A stretch of DNA of 64,000 bases from an uncultured Pelagibacteraceae bacterium (GCA_902594635.1 CACJMX010000004.1:969-64968); one strand, 5' to 3'. Positions 39,498 through 50,785 are shown, counted from the first letter of the stretch. Notes: generated by a model from the letters alone, not told the origin. Numbers and translations are program-made.

Positions 39498-41110
39498 TTA
39501 TGATTTTTTGCTGCCTTGACAAATGAAGAGAATAAAGGATGGGGCGATAAAGGTCTAGATTTAAATTCTGGGTGGAACTGTACCCCAATAAACCATGGGT
39601 GATTTTTAAGCTCAATAATTTCAGGTAATTGATTATCAGGTGATAAACCTGAAAAAATCATGCCCTTTTTTTCAAATTTTTCTCTATAAGCAATATTCAC
39701 TTCATATCTATGACGATGTCGCTCTTTAATTAACTTAGACTTATAAATTTTTCTAATCTTTGTATTGTTTTGTAATTTAGCATCATAAGATCCCAGTCTC
39801 ATCGTGCCACCAAGATCCTTATCAGTACCCTTAATAGTTTTACCGTCTTTAGACCATTCGTTTATTAAACCAATTATAGGAAGACCTTTTTTATCAAATT
39901 CACTTGAAGTAGCATTTTTTAAATTGAGTTCATTTCTAGCAAATTCAATAATTGCCATTTGCATTCCATAACATATTCCAAGGAAAGGAATTTTATTCAT
40001 TCTTGCATGTTTTATAGCTTGTATTTTTCCATCGGTACCTCTTTTACCAAATCCACCAGGTATCAATATTCCTGAAATATTTTTTAGTTTTTTCTTTATT
40101 TCTGTAATTTTTAATTTTTCAGAGTCAATCCTGACTAAATTAACTTTAATTTTATTATCTATTCCACCATGTGTTAAGGCTTCATCTAATGACTTATATG
40201 CATCTTGAAGCTCAACATATTTTCCAATAATAGCAATATTCACTTGTCTCTTATTTTGTAAAATAATTTTTGTTATTTTTTTCCAAGGATTTAAATTTGC
40301 AGGCTTCTTAGTTTTTAATTTAAAATAATTTAAAACTTGAACATCTAATTTTTCTCTAAAAAAACTTATTGGTGCCTCGTAAATAGTTTTGACATCGACA
40401 GTTTCAATTACATTTTTAATATCCACATTGCAAAACAAAGAAATCTTCTTTCTATGCTCTAATGGTATGGGTCTTTCAGATCTACAAATGATAATATCCG
40501 GCTGAATACCTATGCTTCTTAACTCTTTTACAGAATGTTGTGTTGGTTTTGTTTTTATCTCATCTGATGCTTTTAAGTAAGGAACTAGAGTTAAATGGAT
40601 AAATAAAGCATTTTTCTTACCAACATCGTTTGCAAATTGTCTTATCGCTTCGACAAATGGAAGACTTTCTATATCTCCAACTATCCCTCCGATTTCACAA
40701 ATAACAAAGTCCTCTTTGGATGAATCGTGTTTAATGAATTGTTTTATGCGATCTGTAATATGTGGGATTACTTGAACAGTTTTTCCAAGATACTCTCCCT
40801 TTCGTTCTTTTTTTAAAACATCATTATATATTTTACCAGTAGTGATATTGTCTGATTTTTTTGCTGATACCCCTGAAAACCGTTCATAATGACCAAGGTC
40901 TAAATCTGTTTCAGCACCATCGTCAGTTACATACACTTCACCATGCTGAAATGGACTCATTGTTCCAGGATCTACATTTAGATACGGATCAAGTTTTCTG
41001 ATCCTTACTTTAAAACCTCGTGATTGAAGTAGGTATGCTAGTGAAGCTGAGGATAATCCTTTACCTAATGATGAAACCACGCCGCCCGTGACAAATATAT
41101 ATCGCGCCAT
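39494..41110 (-). CDS. pyrG: CTP synthase
   Basis: [39 protein letters not shown]. Confidence 0.97.
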   Translation of the reverse strand: MARYIFVTGGVVSSLGKGLSSASLAYLLQSRGFKVRIRKLDPYLNVDPGTMSPFQHGEVYVTDDGAETDLDLGHYERFSGVSAKKSDNITTGKIYNDVLKKERKGEYLGKTVQVIPHITDRIKQFIKHDSSKEDFVICEIGGIVGDIESLPFVEAIRQFANDVGKKNALFIHLTLVPYLKASDEIKTKPTQHSVKELRSIGIQPDIIICRSERPIPLEHRKKISLFCNVDIKNVIETVDVKTIYEAPISFFREKLDVQVLNYFKLKTKKPANLNPWKKITKIILQNKRQVNIAIIGKYVELQDAYKSLDEALTHGGIDNKIKVNLVRIDSEKLKITEIKKKLKNISGILIPGGFGKRGTDGKIQAIKHARMNKIPFLGICYGMQMAIIEFARNELNLKNATSSEFDKKGLPIIGLINEWSKDGKTIKGTDKDLGGTMRLGSYDAKLQNNTKIRKIYKSKLIKERHRHRYEVNIAYREKFEKKGMIFSGLSPDNQLPEIIELKNHPWFIGVQFHPEFKSRPLSPHPLFSSFVKAAKNHK

Positions 41111-41154
41111 GGAATTATCTTATAGCGAATAAAAAAGAAATTGAAAAGTATTAA

Positions 41155-41454
41155 TTAATTATTTTCAGGAATTGAAGGAGTATCTTCTGTTTTTTCCTCA
41201 ACCGTATCCAAAACTGAGCTAGTTGGTGTTAGTTCTGCTCTTGAGATAATTGTAAGAGCTAAGCTACAAATAATAAATAAAGTTGCAACAATTGCAGTGG
41301 CTTTAGTCATGAAACTACCAGCTGATCTTGATAACATAAAGTTTTCTTGTGAAACACCAATACCTAATGCACCACCTTCGGATTTCTGTATCAAAACTAG
41401 TAATACCAAAATAACTGCAAGTATAATGTTGATTACTAATAATATAGTTTCCAT
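41155..41454 (-). CDS. secG: Preprotein translocase subunit SecG
   Basis: VLIQKSEGGALG, two TMs, between tpiA and pyrG. Confidence 0.92.
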   Translation of the reverse strand: METILLVINIILAVILVLLVLIQKSEGGALGIGVSQENFMLSRSAGSFMTKATAIVATLFIICSLALTIISRAELTPTSSVLDTVEEKTEDTPSIPENN

Positions 41455-41460
41455 GGCGAT

Positions 41461-42201
41461 CTAATTAATGGTTTTTTTAATTATATCAATAAATTTATTT
41501 GGATCTTGAGAAGCCCCACCTATTAAAAAACCATCAATAGTATTAATATTTTTCAATTGATTGATGTTATCACTATTTACAGAGCCTCCATACAAAATTT
41601 TTGATGGTTTTTTACCTAATTTTTTTTTAATAAACGAAATAGATTTTATTAAGTCACTTGGTTTTGGAATTAATCCAGTTCCAATCGACCAGACTGGTTC
41701 GTAAGCAATTATTATATTTGATTTGTTTCGAATTGATTTTAAACCCATTTTAATTTGCTTACTTAACACTTGATTTGTTTTTTTGTTTCTTTTCTCTTTT
41801 AACGTTTCGCCAATACAATAAATAATTTTTAGTCCAGATTTTAACGAATTTATAATTTTAGAGTTAATTTTTTGGTTATCTTCACCTGTCTGTCTATTCT
41901 CAGAGTGACCCAATATAACATAACGCGCTCCAACATTTTTTAACATTTTAGAATTTATCTGACCAGTAAACGCACCGTAATGATCGCTCTCGTGAGAATT
42001 TTGAGCACCAACTTCAATTTTTGTATTTTTAAGTTTATTGGATAAAGAATTAATAAGAGTGCTGGGTGGACAATAAATTAACTTTAATTTTTTATGTTTT
42101 ATACTTTTATAAAATTTAATAACTTTATTCAGCGAATTAAGTGCTTTTAAATCACCATACATTTTCCAATTAGCTACAAAATACAGATATTTATTTGTCA
42201 T
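41461..42201 (-). CDS. tpiA: Triosephosphate isomerase
   Basis: NWKM, GHSENR, AYEPVWSIGTG, YGGSV, GGAS. Confidence 0.96.
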   Translation of the reverse strand: MTNKYLYFVANWKMYGDLKALNSLNKVIKFYKSIKHKKLKLIYCPPSTLINSLSNKLKNTKIEVGAQNSHESDHYGAFTGQINSKMLKNVGARYVILGHSENRQTGEDNQKINSKIINSLKSGLKIIYCIGETLKEKRNKKTNQVLSKQIKMGLKSIRNKSNIIIAYEPVWSIGTGLIPKPSDLIKSISFIKKKLGKKPSKILYGGSVNSDNINQLKNINTIDGFLIGGASQDPNKFIDIIKKTIN

Positions 42202-42257
42202 AATTGAATTTTTAATCTATAGATTTGTTTTTTACAGATCAATATATTATTGGCTTT

Positions 42258-43679
42258 ATGTTAGAAACTTTAAAAAATTTTGGTGGAAAAAAATTAGGTG
42301 GGTTAATCCTAATCATAGTAATTATTATTGCATTTGGTTTTGGTGGATTTGGTGGTGGCTTCAGTACAAATAATCAAAATAATATAGCAAAAATAAATAA
42401 AACAAATGTAACTACTCAAGATTTTATGGACTATGTGAACCAAAGTGGCATATCACTTGATGCCATAAGAACCAATTTAGATAATAATATAATTGAAGAA
42501 TTATTGTCAGGTTTAATTTCAACTACATTAATTGATTTAGAGATAAAAGACTTCGCACTTTCAATCAGCGAGAGAACAATACTTAAAACAATTAAAGACA
42601 ACAAAAATTTCCAAGATGAAAATGGTATTTTTCAAAGAGTAAAATATGAAAAATTTTTACTATCAAGCAATTTATCAGCGCCAATGTTTGAATTGAAATT
42701 AAAAAATAGAGAATTACAAAAACACCTATTCGACATTATTGGTGCTGGAACAATAACACCTAATTTTTTGATTGAAAAGAAATATGAAGAAAATAACAAA
42801 ACATTAAGTCTTGAGTACTTTAATATGGAAGGACTTTATAAGAATAAAGATGAATATACAGATGAAGATCTATTGGTATTTATTAAAGAGAACGAAGATC
42901 AACTAAAAAGAGAATATATAGATTTTAAATATGTAGTTTTAAATCCAAAAAATTTAATTGGAGTTGAAGAATTTAATCAAGAATTTTTTGATAGGATTGA
43001 TAAAATTGAAAATCAAATTTCAGAAGGAGCTGATTTTGACACTATTTTAGAGAGTATAAATGTCAACGTTAACAAAATAATTGAATACGCTCCAAACTCA
43101 GAGGCTCAATCAAGTGAAAATTTAATTTATCAAAACAAATCCACAAAACTAAACTTAATTGAAAATGGGGATAATTTCTTATTATACAACGTCGATAAAG
43201 AATATAGTAAAAGTCCAAATTTAAATGATGACAAAACTAAAAGCGAATTAACAGAGTTGATTTACCAAAAAGGTAAATTTGATTTTAATAGAAAAATCCT
43301 AGAAGAAATTCAAAGTAAAGAATTCAATAACAGTAAATTTGAAGATTTAGGAAATAATGATTTACTAAATTTAGAAGTTAAAACAATCAATGATGATACG
43401 ACATTTGACGTTAATTCAATTAAAATGCTCTATACCTTGCCTGTAAATTCTTTCACATTGGTTAATGATAAAGATAATAACATTTTTTTAGTAAAAATTT
43501 CAGATTCTAAGAAAAATTTTTTCAATAAATCTGATGAAGATTATGTTCAATTTGTTAAAAATCAAAATACCGATAATCGAAAAAGTATTTTGCAATCCTA
43601 TGATCAATTATTAAACAACAAATACCAAGTCAAAGTTAACCAAAAATCTGTTGATAGAGTAAAAAATTATTTCAAATGA
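42258..43679 (+). CDS. PpiD/SurA-like membrane-anchored periplasmic chaperone
   Basis: N-terminal TM, IAKINKTNVT, SurA-N-like helical domain, conserved tpiA<>ppiD-trp position; start at ATG 42258. Confidence 0.75.
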   Translation: MLETLKNFGGKKLGGLILIIVIIIAFGFGGFGGGFSTNNQNNIAKINKTNVTTQDFMDYVNQSGISLDAIRTNLDNNIIEELLSGLISTTLIDLEIKDFALSISERTILKTIKDNKNFQDENGIFQRVKYEKFLLSSNLSAPMFELKLKNRELQKHLFDIIGAGTITPNFLIEKKYEENNKTLSLEYFNMEGLYKNKDEYTDEDLLVFIKENEDQLKREYIDFKYVVLNPKNLIGVEEFNQEFFDRIDKIENQISEGADFDTILESINVNVNKIIEYAPNSEAQSSENLIYQNKSTKLNLIENGDNFLLYNVDKEYSKSPNLNDDKTKSELTELIYQKGKFDFNRKILEEIQSKEFNNSKFEDLGNNDLLNLEVKTINDDTTFDVNSIKMLYTLPVNSFTLVNDKDNNIFLVKISDSKKNFFNKSDEDYVQFVKNQNTDNRKSILQSYDQLLNNKYQVKVNQKSVDRVKNYFK

Positions 43680-45136
43680 TCATTAATCGAAGCTTCAAGG
43701 ACTTCAAGTTTCGACATAGAAGCAAAAAAAATCAAATTATATACACTTCAAAAAAAGTTAAGAATGACGAAGAGATATTAAATTTAATTGATAATTTTTT
43801 AGAAGAAAAAAATAGTTTTATATTTGAGTCTGTTGAAAAAGGGAAAATTAAAGGAAGATATACAATATTTGGAAAAAACCCTGATAAAATTTGGGAATTT
43901 AACAATCAAAGCTCTTATCTAATTAAAAATAACAAAAAAATAAAACTAAAGGATAAACCAGATCAATTAATAGAAAAAATAATTGAGGAGTTTAAGTTTG
44001 AAACACCAAAGAATTTGCCTAAGATATGCTCATTAATTTCTGGATATTTTTCTTACGACTCTATTAGATATATAGAAAAAATTCCAAACAATTGCAAAAA
44101 TGATTTAAATATACCAGACGTTAGACTTCTTCGTCCTAGAACATTAATTATTCATGATAATTTAAAAAAAGAAATATTTTATATAAGTAATATTTTCAAA
44201 GACGAAAAAATTAAAAACTATCAAAGTAAATTTAATGAGATTAAATCTGACCTTTTTAAATTATTAATTCAATCTTCTATTAAAAATTTAAATAAACCAC
44301 TCAAAGAAAAGATAAAAAATATTAAAGTTAAATCCAACACTTCTAAAAGTAAATTTTTAAAAATGGTCAATAAGGCAAAAAAATACATTAAACTTGGTGA
44401 TATTTTTCAAGTGGTATTAAGTCAAAGATTTGAGGCTAAATTATCAAAAAAGCCAATAGATATTTATAAAAAGTTAAGAGTAACTAATCCCTCTCCTTTC
44501 ATGTTCTTCTTTAATTTTAATGATTTTCAAATAATAGGTGCTAGTCCTGAAATCTTAGTAAGGTTAAGAGATAATAAAATTACTGTAAGACCAATTGCAG
44601 GAACAAGACCGAGAGGTAAAACATTAAAAGAAGATCTTTATTATGAAAAAGATTTATTAAAAGATAAAAAAGAACTCTCTGAACATTTAATGCTTTTAGA
44701 TTTAGGTAGAAATGATGCTGGCAAGGTATCTAAGATAAATTCTGTTAAGGTAACTGAAAGCTTCATCATAGAGAGGTATTCACATGTTATGCATATAGTA
44801 TCTAACGTAATTGGAGATTATAATAAAAAATTCTCAAAGTTTAAATCTTTGCTGGCTGGTTTTCCTGCTGGAACGGTCTCCGGTGCCCCAAAAATAAGAG
44901 CCATGGAAATCATTGATGAGCTAGAGACAACAAGAAGAAAAGTTTATGCGGGTGGTATAGGTTATTTTTCTGCAAATGGCGAATTTGATACTTGTATCGC
45001 CTTGAGAACAGCTGTCGCTAAAAATAAAAAGTTCTATGTACAAGCTGGTGCGGGAATTGTTGCTGATAGCAAAGCTATAAACGAATATGTGGAGACGGTT
45101 AATAAAGCTAAAGCTTTAATTAATGCATTAAGATAA
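43676..45136 (+). CDS. trpE: Anthranilate synthase component I
   Basis: FQVVLSQRF, NPSPFM, ASPE, RPIAGTR, EHLMLLDLGRND, GTVSGAPK. Confidence 0.94.
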   Translation: MIINRSFKDFKFRHRSKKNQIIYTSKKVKNDEEILNLIDNFLEEKNSFIFESVEKGKIKGRYTIFGKNPDKIWEFNNQSSYLIKNNKKIKLKDKPDQLIEKIIEEFKFETPKNLPKICSLISGYFSYDSIRYIEKIPNNCKNDLNIPDVRLLRPRTLIIHDNLKKEIFYISNIFKDEKIKNYQSKFNEIKSDLFKLLIQSSIKNLNKPLKEKIKNIKVKSNTSKSKFLKMVNKAKKYIKLGDIFQVVLSQRFEAKLSKKPIDIYKKLRVTNPSPFMFFFNFNDFQIIGASPEILVRLRDNKITVRPIAGTRPRGKTLKEDLYYEKDLLKDKKELSEHLMLLDLGRNDAGKVSKINSVKVTESFIIERYSHVMHIVSNVIGDYNKKFSKFKSLLAGFPAGTVSGAPKIRAMEIIDELETTRRKVYAGGIGYFSANGEFDTCIALRTAVAKNKKFYVQAGAGIVADSKAINEYVETVNKAKALINALR

Positions 45137-45702
45137 TGAAAATATTACTAATCGATAATTATGATAGTTTTACCTTTAATTTGTATCATTACATATCTTC
45201 GTTAGGCATTAAAGTAGATGTTGTTAGAAATGACAAAATCACAGCTAATGATATTAAAAAAAATAAGTATAATAGAATTATCATATCTCCAGGACCAGGT
45301 AATCCAAATCAATCAGGAAATTGTATAAATATTTTAAAATCTTTACATAAAGAAATACCTTTTTTAGGAGTATGTCTGGGTCATCAAATTATTGGACAAG
45401 TATTTGGATCAAAGATTATTCAAGCTAAAAAACTTATGCATGGAAAAATAAGTAAAATTAAATCCAAAAAAATTGGTATTTTAAAAAATCTTCCAAAAAC
45501 TTTTGAGGCAACCCGATATCACAGTCTTATAATTGATAAGAAAACTTTATCTGACAATTTAAAAATAACAGCAGAAACTGAAGAAGGCTTGATTATGGGC
45601 GTGCAACATAAAGTATATAATATTCATGGTGTACAATTTCACCCAGAAAGTATTAAAACTAAGTTGGGAATTAAAATATTAAAAAATTTTGTAAATTATT
45701 AA
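45136..45702 (+). CDS. trpG: Anthranilate synthase component II (glutamine amidotransferase)
   Basis: DNYDSFT, SPGPG, GVCLGHQ, RYHSL, QFHPES. Confidence 0.94.
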   Translation: MKILLIDNYDSFTFNLYHYISSLGIKVDVVRNDKITANDIKKNKYNRIIISPGPGNPNQSGNCINILKSLHKEIPFLGVCLGHQIIGQVFGSKIIQAKKLMHGKISKIKSKKIGILKNLPKTFEATRYHSLIIDKKTLSDNLKITAETEEGLIMGVQHKVYNIHGVQFHPESIKTKLGIKILKNFVNY

Positions 45703-45706
45703 CCAA

Positions 45707-46699
45707 ATGGAACAAATTTTAGAAAAATTAAGAAACAAAAATGATCTTTCTTTTGAGGAAAGTAAATCTGCCTTTGAATTACTTATGACTGGTCAGGCAA
45801 ATGAAGATCAAATTTATGATTTTTTAACTTTATTATCAGATAAAGGTGAAGTGTCAGACGAAATTGCTGGGGGTGTTTATGTGCTAAGAGAAAAGTCAAA
45901 AAGGGTGAAAGTCAGAAATTGTGTTGATACCTGCGGAACTGGAGGGGATGGCATGAATACTCTAAATATATCAACTGCCTCTGCTTTACTTTTAGCTAGT
46001 ATGGGAACTAAGGTCGCTAAACATGGTAATAAAGCAGTTTCTTCTAATTGTGGTTCAGGAGATGTTCTTGAGGCTCTTAATATCAAAATAGATCTTGAAC
46101 CAAGTGATATAGAAAAAGAGATCAATGATAACAACTTTGGTTTTATGTTTGCTCCTAACTACCATAGTGCAATGAGATTTGTTGGGCCAGTAAGAAAAAA
46201 AATAGGTAAAAGAACAATATTTAATATGATCGGTCCATTAAGCAGCCCTGCTTTAGTTACAAGACAAGTAGTTGGAGTATTTGATAAAAAATTACTCAAG
46301 ATTTTTGCTGAAAGTCTTAAAAATTTAAATATTAAATTTGCTTGGATTGTAAATAGTGAAGACGGTTTGGATGAGATATCTCCTTATGCTAAGACAAACG
46401 TAATACAATTAAAGGATGGAGAGATATCAGAGATTATAATTGATCCTCAATTATTAAATATTAATGCTGAGAAATTTGATAATTTAGTTGGTAATGATGC
46501 AAAATACAATGCAAGTAAAATGATTGAAATTTTTAAAGGAAAAGACAATGATTTTTCAAAAGCAGTTTGTTTAAATGCCGCTGCAGGTTTAATTGTAAAT
46601 GAAAAATATTCAGAATATTCTAAAGCTTATAATTATGCTAGAGAATTTATTTTATCAGGAAAACCATATATTCATTTAGAAAAAATACAAAATGCCTAA
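45707..46699 (+). CDS. trpD: Anthranilate phosphoribosyltransferase
   Basis: DTCGTGGDG, NIST, KHGN, RTIFN, DGLDEI. Confidence 0.96.
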   Translation: MEQILEKLRNKNDLSFEESKSAFELLMTGQANEDQIYDFLTLLSDKGEVSDEIAGGVYVLREKSKRVKVRNCVDTCGTGGDGMNTLNISTASALLLASMGTKVAKHGNKAVSSNCGSGDVLEALNIKIDLEPSDIEKEINDNNFGFMFAPNYHSAMRFVGPVRKKIGKRTIFNMIGPLSSPALVTRQVVGVFDKKLLKIFAESLKNLNIKFAWIVNSEDGLDEISPYAKTNVIQLKDGEISEIIIDPQLLNINAEKFDNLVGNDAKYNASKMIEIFKGKDNDFSKAVCLNAAAGLIVNEKYSEYSKAYNYAREFILSGKPYIHLEKIQNA

Positions 46700-47483
46700 C
46701 AATATTCTTGAGGAAATAATAAAAAAAAAAATTGCAAAAATTGATATTTTAAAAAAATCAACAAGTTTAAATTCTTTAAATGAAATTATTGATAAAAATA
46801 ATTCTTTCATAGATTTTAAAGAAAAAATTCAATCTAATTTATCAAACAGTAAAACTTCGATTATTGCAGAAATTAAAAAAGCTAGCCCTTCAGCAGGCAT
46901 AATTATTGAAAATTACAATCCAGTAGAAATTGCCGATATATACAATTCTAATAATGTAACTTGTTTGTCCGTTCTTACTGAAGAGGATTATTTTTTAGGA
47001 AACCTAATTCATATCAGTAAAATAAAAGAAAAAATAAACTTGCCAATTTTATGTAAAGATTTCTTCATAGATAAATTCCAAATACCCTTGGCTAAAAGTT
47101 ATGGAGCAGATGCAATTTTAATTATTTTAGCTGGTGTATCAGATAATCTAGCCAACGATTTATATGAAGAGGCTCTAAAATATAAAATGTCAGTAATCGT
47201 AGAAGTTCATACCGTTGATGAAGCTAAAAAAGCACTAAACTTCAAAGAGTCTTTGATTGGAATAAACAATAGGAATTTAAAAACTCTTAAAACAGACATT
47301 AATACAACCTATGATATTCATAATGTGTTAATTAATCATGATGGACCTTTGATTTCAGAGAGTGGAATTAAAACGAAAGAAGAACTTTTAGACCTAAAAA
47401 ACAAAACATCTATTAACACTTTTTTAATTGGTGAATCACTTTTAAAGAGTTTGGACAAAAATTCTATTTTTTCAGTTTTATAG
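46692..47483 (+). CDS. trpC: Indole-3-glycerol phosphate synthase
   Basis: IAEIKKASPS, SVLTE, KDF, GINNRNL, ISESG. Confidence 0.95.
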   Translation: MPNNILEEIIKKKIAKIDILKKSTSLNSLNEIIDKNNSFIDFKEKIQSNLSNSKTSIIAEIKKASPSAGIIIENYNPVEIADIYNSNNVTCLSVLTEEDYFLGNLIHISKIKEKINLPILCKDFFIDKFQIPLAKSYGADAILIILAGVSDNLANDLYEEALKYKMSVIVEVHTVDEAKKALNFKESLIGINNRNLKTLKTDINTTYDIHNVLINHDGPLISESGIKTKEELLDLKNKTSINTFLIGESLLKSLDKNSIFSVL

Positions 47484-47532
47484 TCAATTTAATCCTTATT
47501 TTATTGGTTTTTTTAATGTTGTTTAATTATAA

Positions 47533-47569
47533 GAACTTTTATAGAACATTGTTTGTACGATATTTGTTC
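47533..47569. promoter_or_regulatory. LexA (SOS) operator upstream of lexA
   Basis: GAAC-N7-GAAC (47533-47547) then GTAC-N7-GTTC (47555-47569); the alphaproteobacterial SOS box is GTTC-N7-GTTC. Confidence 0.85.
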
Positions 47570-47571
47570 TT

Positions 47572-48249
47572 ATGCTTACAAAAAAACAAAAAAACTTACT
47601 TTTATTTATCAACAAGAAGTTGAGAAGTTCAGGTGTATCTCCTTCATATGAAGAGATGAAGCAATCTCTAAATTTAAAATCTAAGTCGGGAATACACAGA
47701 TTGATAAGTGCTTTAGAAGAACGTGGTTTTATAAAGAGACTAGCTCACAAAGCTAGAGCCCTAGAAGTGATAAAGCTTCCTGAAACCGCTTCAGCAAACG
47801 ATATTTACAATAATTTTTCACCTAGCGTTATAAAAGGTGGTTTAGATGAAGAGCAAGTTAATTCTGATGAGGTAGAGGTACCGGTTCTTGGTAAAATTGC
47901 AGCCGGAACACCAGTTGAGGCAATACAAAATGAGGTTGCAAGAATACCTTTGCCTAATAATCTAGAAAAAAATGGAGATTACTTTGGTTTGAAGGTTCAG
48001 GGAGACTCTATGATTGAAGCTGGTATTCATGAAGGAGATACTGTTATTATCAGAAGAACAGATACTGCAGATAATGGAAAAATTGTTGTTGCTCTTATTG
48101 ATGAACATGAGGCAATGCTTAAAAGAATTCGTAAAAAAGGTAAAGTAGTCGCTTTAGAAAGTGCAAATAGAAACTACGAAACTAAGATTTTTGGTCCTGA
48201 CAGAGTTAAGGTCCAAGGTGTTTTGGTATCTTTATATAGAAACTTCTAG
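47572..48249 (+). CDS. lexA: SOS repressor LexA
   Basis: MLTKKQ, SPSYEEM, GKIAAGTP (Ala-Gly cleavage site), GDSM, MLKR. Confidence 0.96.
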   Translation: MLTKKQKNLLLFINKKLRSSGVSPSYEEMKQSLNLKSKSGIHRLISALEERGFIKRLAHKARALEVIKLPETASANDIYNNFSPSVIKGGLDEEQVNSDEVEVPVLGKIAAGTPVEAIQNEVARIPLPNNLEKNGDYFGLKVQGDSMIEAGIHEGDTVIIRRTDTADNGKIVVALIDEHEAMLKRIRKKGKVVALESANRNYETKIFGPDRVKVQGVLVSLYRNF

Positions 48250-48271
48250 AAAAATAGTCTAAATATCTCGG

Positions 48272-49672
48272 ATGTCAAAAGTAGCAACTCGTTTTGCTCC
48301 CTCACCTACTGGAGCCCTTCATATTGGGGGTATAAGAACCGCTTTATTCAATTGGCTTTATTCAAAAAATCAAAAAGGAACTTTTCATCTAAGAATTGAA
48401 GATACAGATAAGGAAAGATCTAAAGACGAGCATAAAGTTCAAATTATAAATTCTTTAAAGTGGATTGGAATAGAACATGATGGAGATGAATATATCCAAT
48501 CTACAAAAATTAATGATCATATTAAAGTAGCAAATGAATTATTAAAAAATGGCAACGCTTATAAATGTTATTGTTCTAATGAAGAAATTGAAGAACAAAA
48601 AAAAAGAGCTAGACAAAAAAAATTACCTTATATCTATAATAGAAAATGGAGAGATGCAGATGAAAAAGATATTCCTCAAGATATTAAACCCGTAATTAGA
48701 TTTAAGAGTAAAATTGAGGGGAAATCTATCCTAAAAGACCTGGTGCAGGGTGATGTTGAGATTGAGAACAATACTATAGAGGATTTTATTATATTAAGAA
48801 ATGATGGAACACCAACATATAACCTTTCAGCAACTGTAGATGATCATCAAATGGGAATGACTCACATTATTAGAGGTGATGATCATAAAATAAATACTTT
48901 CAAACAAATACAGATTTATCTGGCTATGGGTTGGGAAGTGCCAAATTTTGCACATATACCTTTAATCCATACAATTGAGGGTAAAAAGCTTTCTAAAAGA
49001 GATAATGCCTCCACATTAGATGACTATTCAAAAATTGGTATTATGCCAGATGCTTTAAGAAACTACTTGTTAAGACTAGGCTGGTCCTATCAAGATAAAG
49101 AAATATTTAACTTAAATGAAAGTATTAAATATTTTAATCTAGAGGGAATTGGAAAATCACCTTCAAAACTTGATATGAGCCGTATTTTATCAATGAATGA
49201 GCACTATATTAAAACTATTGATGAACAGGAGCTTTTCAAAAGTTTGGTAGAATATTGTGAGATTTACAAAGAAAAAATCAAACCTGAAAAAGAGGAAAAA
49301 ATAAAAAATTCATTATCCTTTTTAAAAAATAAAGCAAAAACATTAGAAGATATATTCAACAACGCAAAATACATAATCTTAGATAAAATTAATTTTAATC
49401 CAGATAATCTGAAGTTAATTGATGATAAAGCAGAAAGAATAATTCAAGAATTTAAAGTTGAAATTTCTTCCTTAGATATTTTAAACAGAGAAAAATTAGA
49501 GCCTATAGTAAATAATTTAATAAAAAAGCATGAAACTAACTTTAAAGGTATAGGACAGCCTCTAAGAGTAATTTTAACGGGATCTAAATTTGGTCCAGGT
49601 CTCTATGATATTTTAATTTCTTTAGGCAAGGAAGAAGTGGATAAAAGATTAGGAAACAAGATAACTAGATAG
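48272..49672 (+). CDS. gltX: Glutamate--tRNA ligase
   Basis: RFAPSPTGALHIG, LRIEDTD, RGDDH, KLSKR. Confidence 0.96.
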   Translation: MSKVATRFAPSPTGALHIGGIRTALFNWLYSKNQKGTFHLRIEDTDKERSKDEHKVQIINSLKWIGIEHDGDEYIQSTKINDHIKVANELLKNGNAYKCYCSNEEIEEQKKRARQKKLPYIYNRKWRDADEKDIPQDIKPVIRFKSKIEGKSILKDLVQGDVEIENNTIEDFIILRNDGTPTYNLSATVDDHQMGMTHIIRGDDHKINTFKQIQIYLAMGWEVPNFAHIPLIHTIEGKKLSKRDNASTLDDYSKIGIMPDALRNYLLRLGWSYQDKEIFNLNESIKYFNLEGIGKSPSKLDMSRILSMNEHYIKTIDEQELFKSLVEYCEIYKEKIKPEKEEKIKNSLSFLKNKAKTLEDIFNNAKYIILDKINFNPDNLKLIDDKAERIIQEFKVEISSLDILNREKLEPIVNNLIKKHETNFKGIGQPLRVILTGSKFGPGLYDILISLGKEEVDKRLGNKITR

Positions 49673-50785
49673 AACTGTTGAGGACTCATCTGATGATGAA
49701 GTTTTTGATCTGATACCTTCTAAAGTTTTATTACATTCTGATAGTTGCTTCTTCATAAGTTCAGGATTCTTTAAAAAATATATTACTTTTTTATAAATTT
49801 CTTCGGCATTACACTCATTTTGAAGAAGTTCAGGAATTATTTCTCGTTTATTAATAATATTGATAATATTTGCAAATTTAACATTCACTAATAACTTAAA
49901 TATCATAAAATTAATAAAGCTTAATTTATAAATAATTATTGATGGTATATTTGCATTACAAATTTGTAATGAAACAGTGCCAGATTTTGATACAGCAAAA
50001 ATAGATTTAGATAAAACATCTAATTTAATATTTTCTTCCGATATAACATCTACATTTTCAATATTTTTTTTTTTAATGATATCTAAAATTGAATTTTTAT
50101 TTTCCTCTGTGGCATGGAAATAAAAAAAATAATTTTTATAATTTTTATTCATTAACTCTACAAAGGTAATTAAAATTGGTAACAAAATTAAAGTTTCAGA
50201 TTTTCTACTTCCAGCAAATAAGGATATAATTTTTTTGTCTTGAGGTAATAAATTATCAATTATAGTTTTTGAATTAGCTTTTGTTTCGATTAAAGGATGT
50301 CCGACAAAAGTATTTTTTATATTTTCTTCGTCAAAATATTTTTTTTCAAAATCAAATAATAAAAGAATATGATCAATAAACTTTTTGATTTTTTTAACCC
50401 TATTTTTTCTCCAAATCCATACCTGAGGAGCAACATAGTGAATTGTTTTTATAGTGCTATTAATATTCTTTACTTTTTCGGCTACTCTTAAAGTAAAATC
50501 AGGGCTATCCACACTAAATAAAATATCAGGATTAAATTTTATAATCTCCTCGACAGTTTGGTTGATTTTTTTTTTAATTTTAAAAATATTTAAAATAACA
50601 CTCGTAAACCCAAGATAGGTTATCTCTTTTAAATCGTAAATTGAGGCAATACCTAACTTCTTCAAATTAGATCCACCAACTGATAAATATTCAATTTCTG
50701 AACTTGTAGATTGAAGTTTTGATATTACTGTAGATGCTAACTTGTCACCTGAAGGTTCACCAGTTAATACAAATATTTTTTTCAT
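49649..50785 (-). CDS. lpxB: Lipid A disaccharide synthase
   Basis: GEPSGD, DSPDF, YVAPQVWIW, VGHPL, GSRKSE, SGTVSL. Confidence 0.95.
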   Translation of the reverse strand: MKKIFVLTGEPSGDKLASTVISKLQSTSSEIEYLSVGGSNLKKLGIASIYDLKEITYLGFTSVILNIFKIKKKINQTVEEIIKFNPDILFSVDSPDFTLRVAEKVKNINSTIKTIHYVAPQVWIWRKNRVKKIKKFIDHILLLFDFEKKYFDEENIKNTFVGHPLIETKANSKTIIDNLLPQDKKIISLFAGSRKSETLILLPILITFVELMNKNYKNYFFYFHATEENKNSILDIIKKKNIENVDVISEENIKLDVLSKSIFAVSKSGTVSLQICNANIPSIIIYKLSFINFMIFKLLVNVKFANIINIINKREIIPELLQNECNAEEIYKKVIYFLKNPELMKKQLSECNKTLEGIRSKTSSSDESSTVLSSYLVS

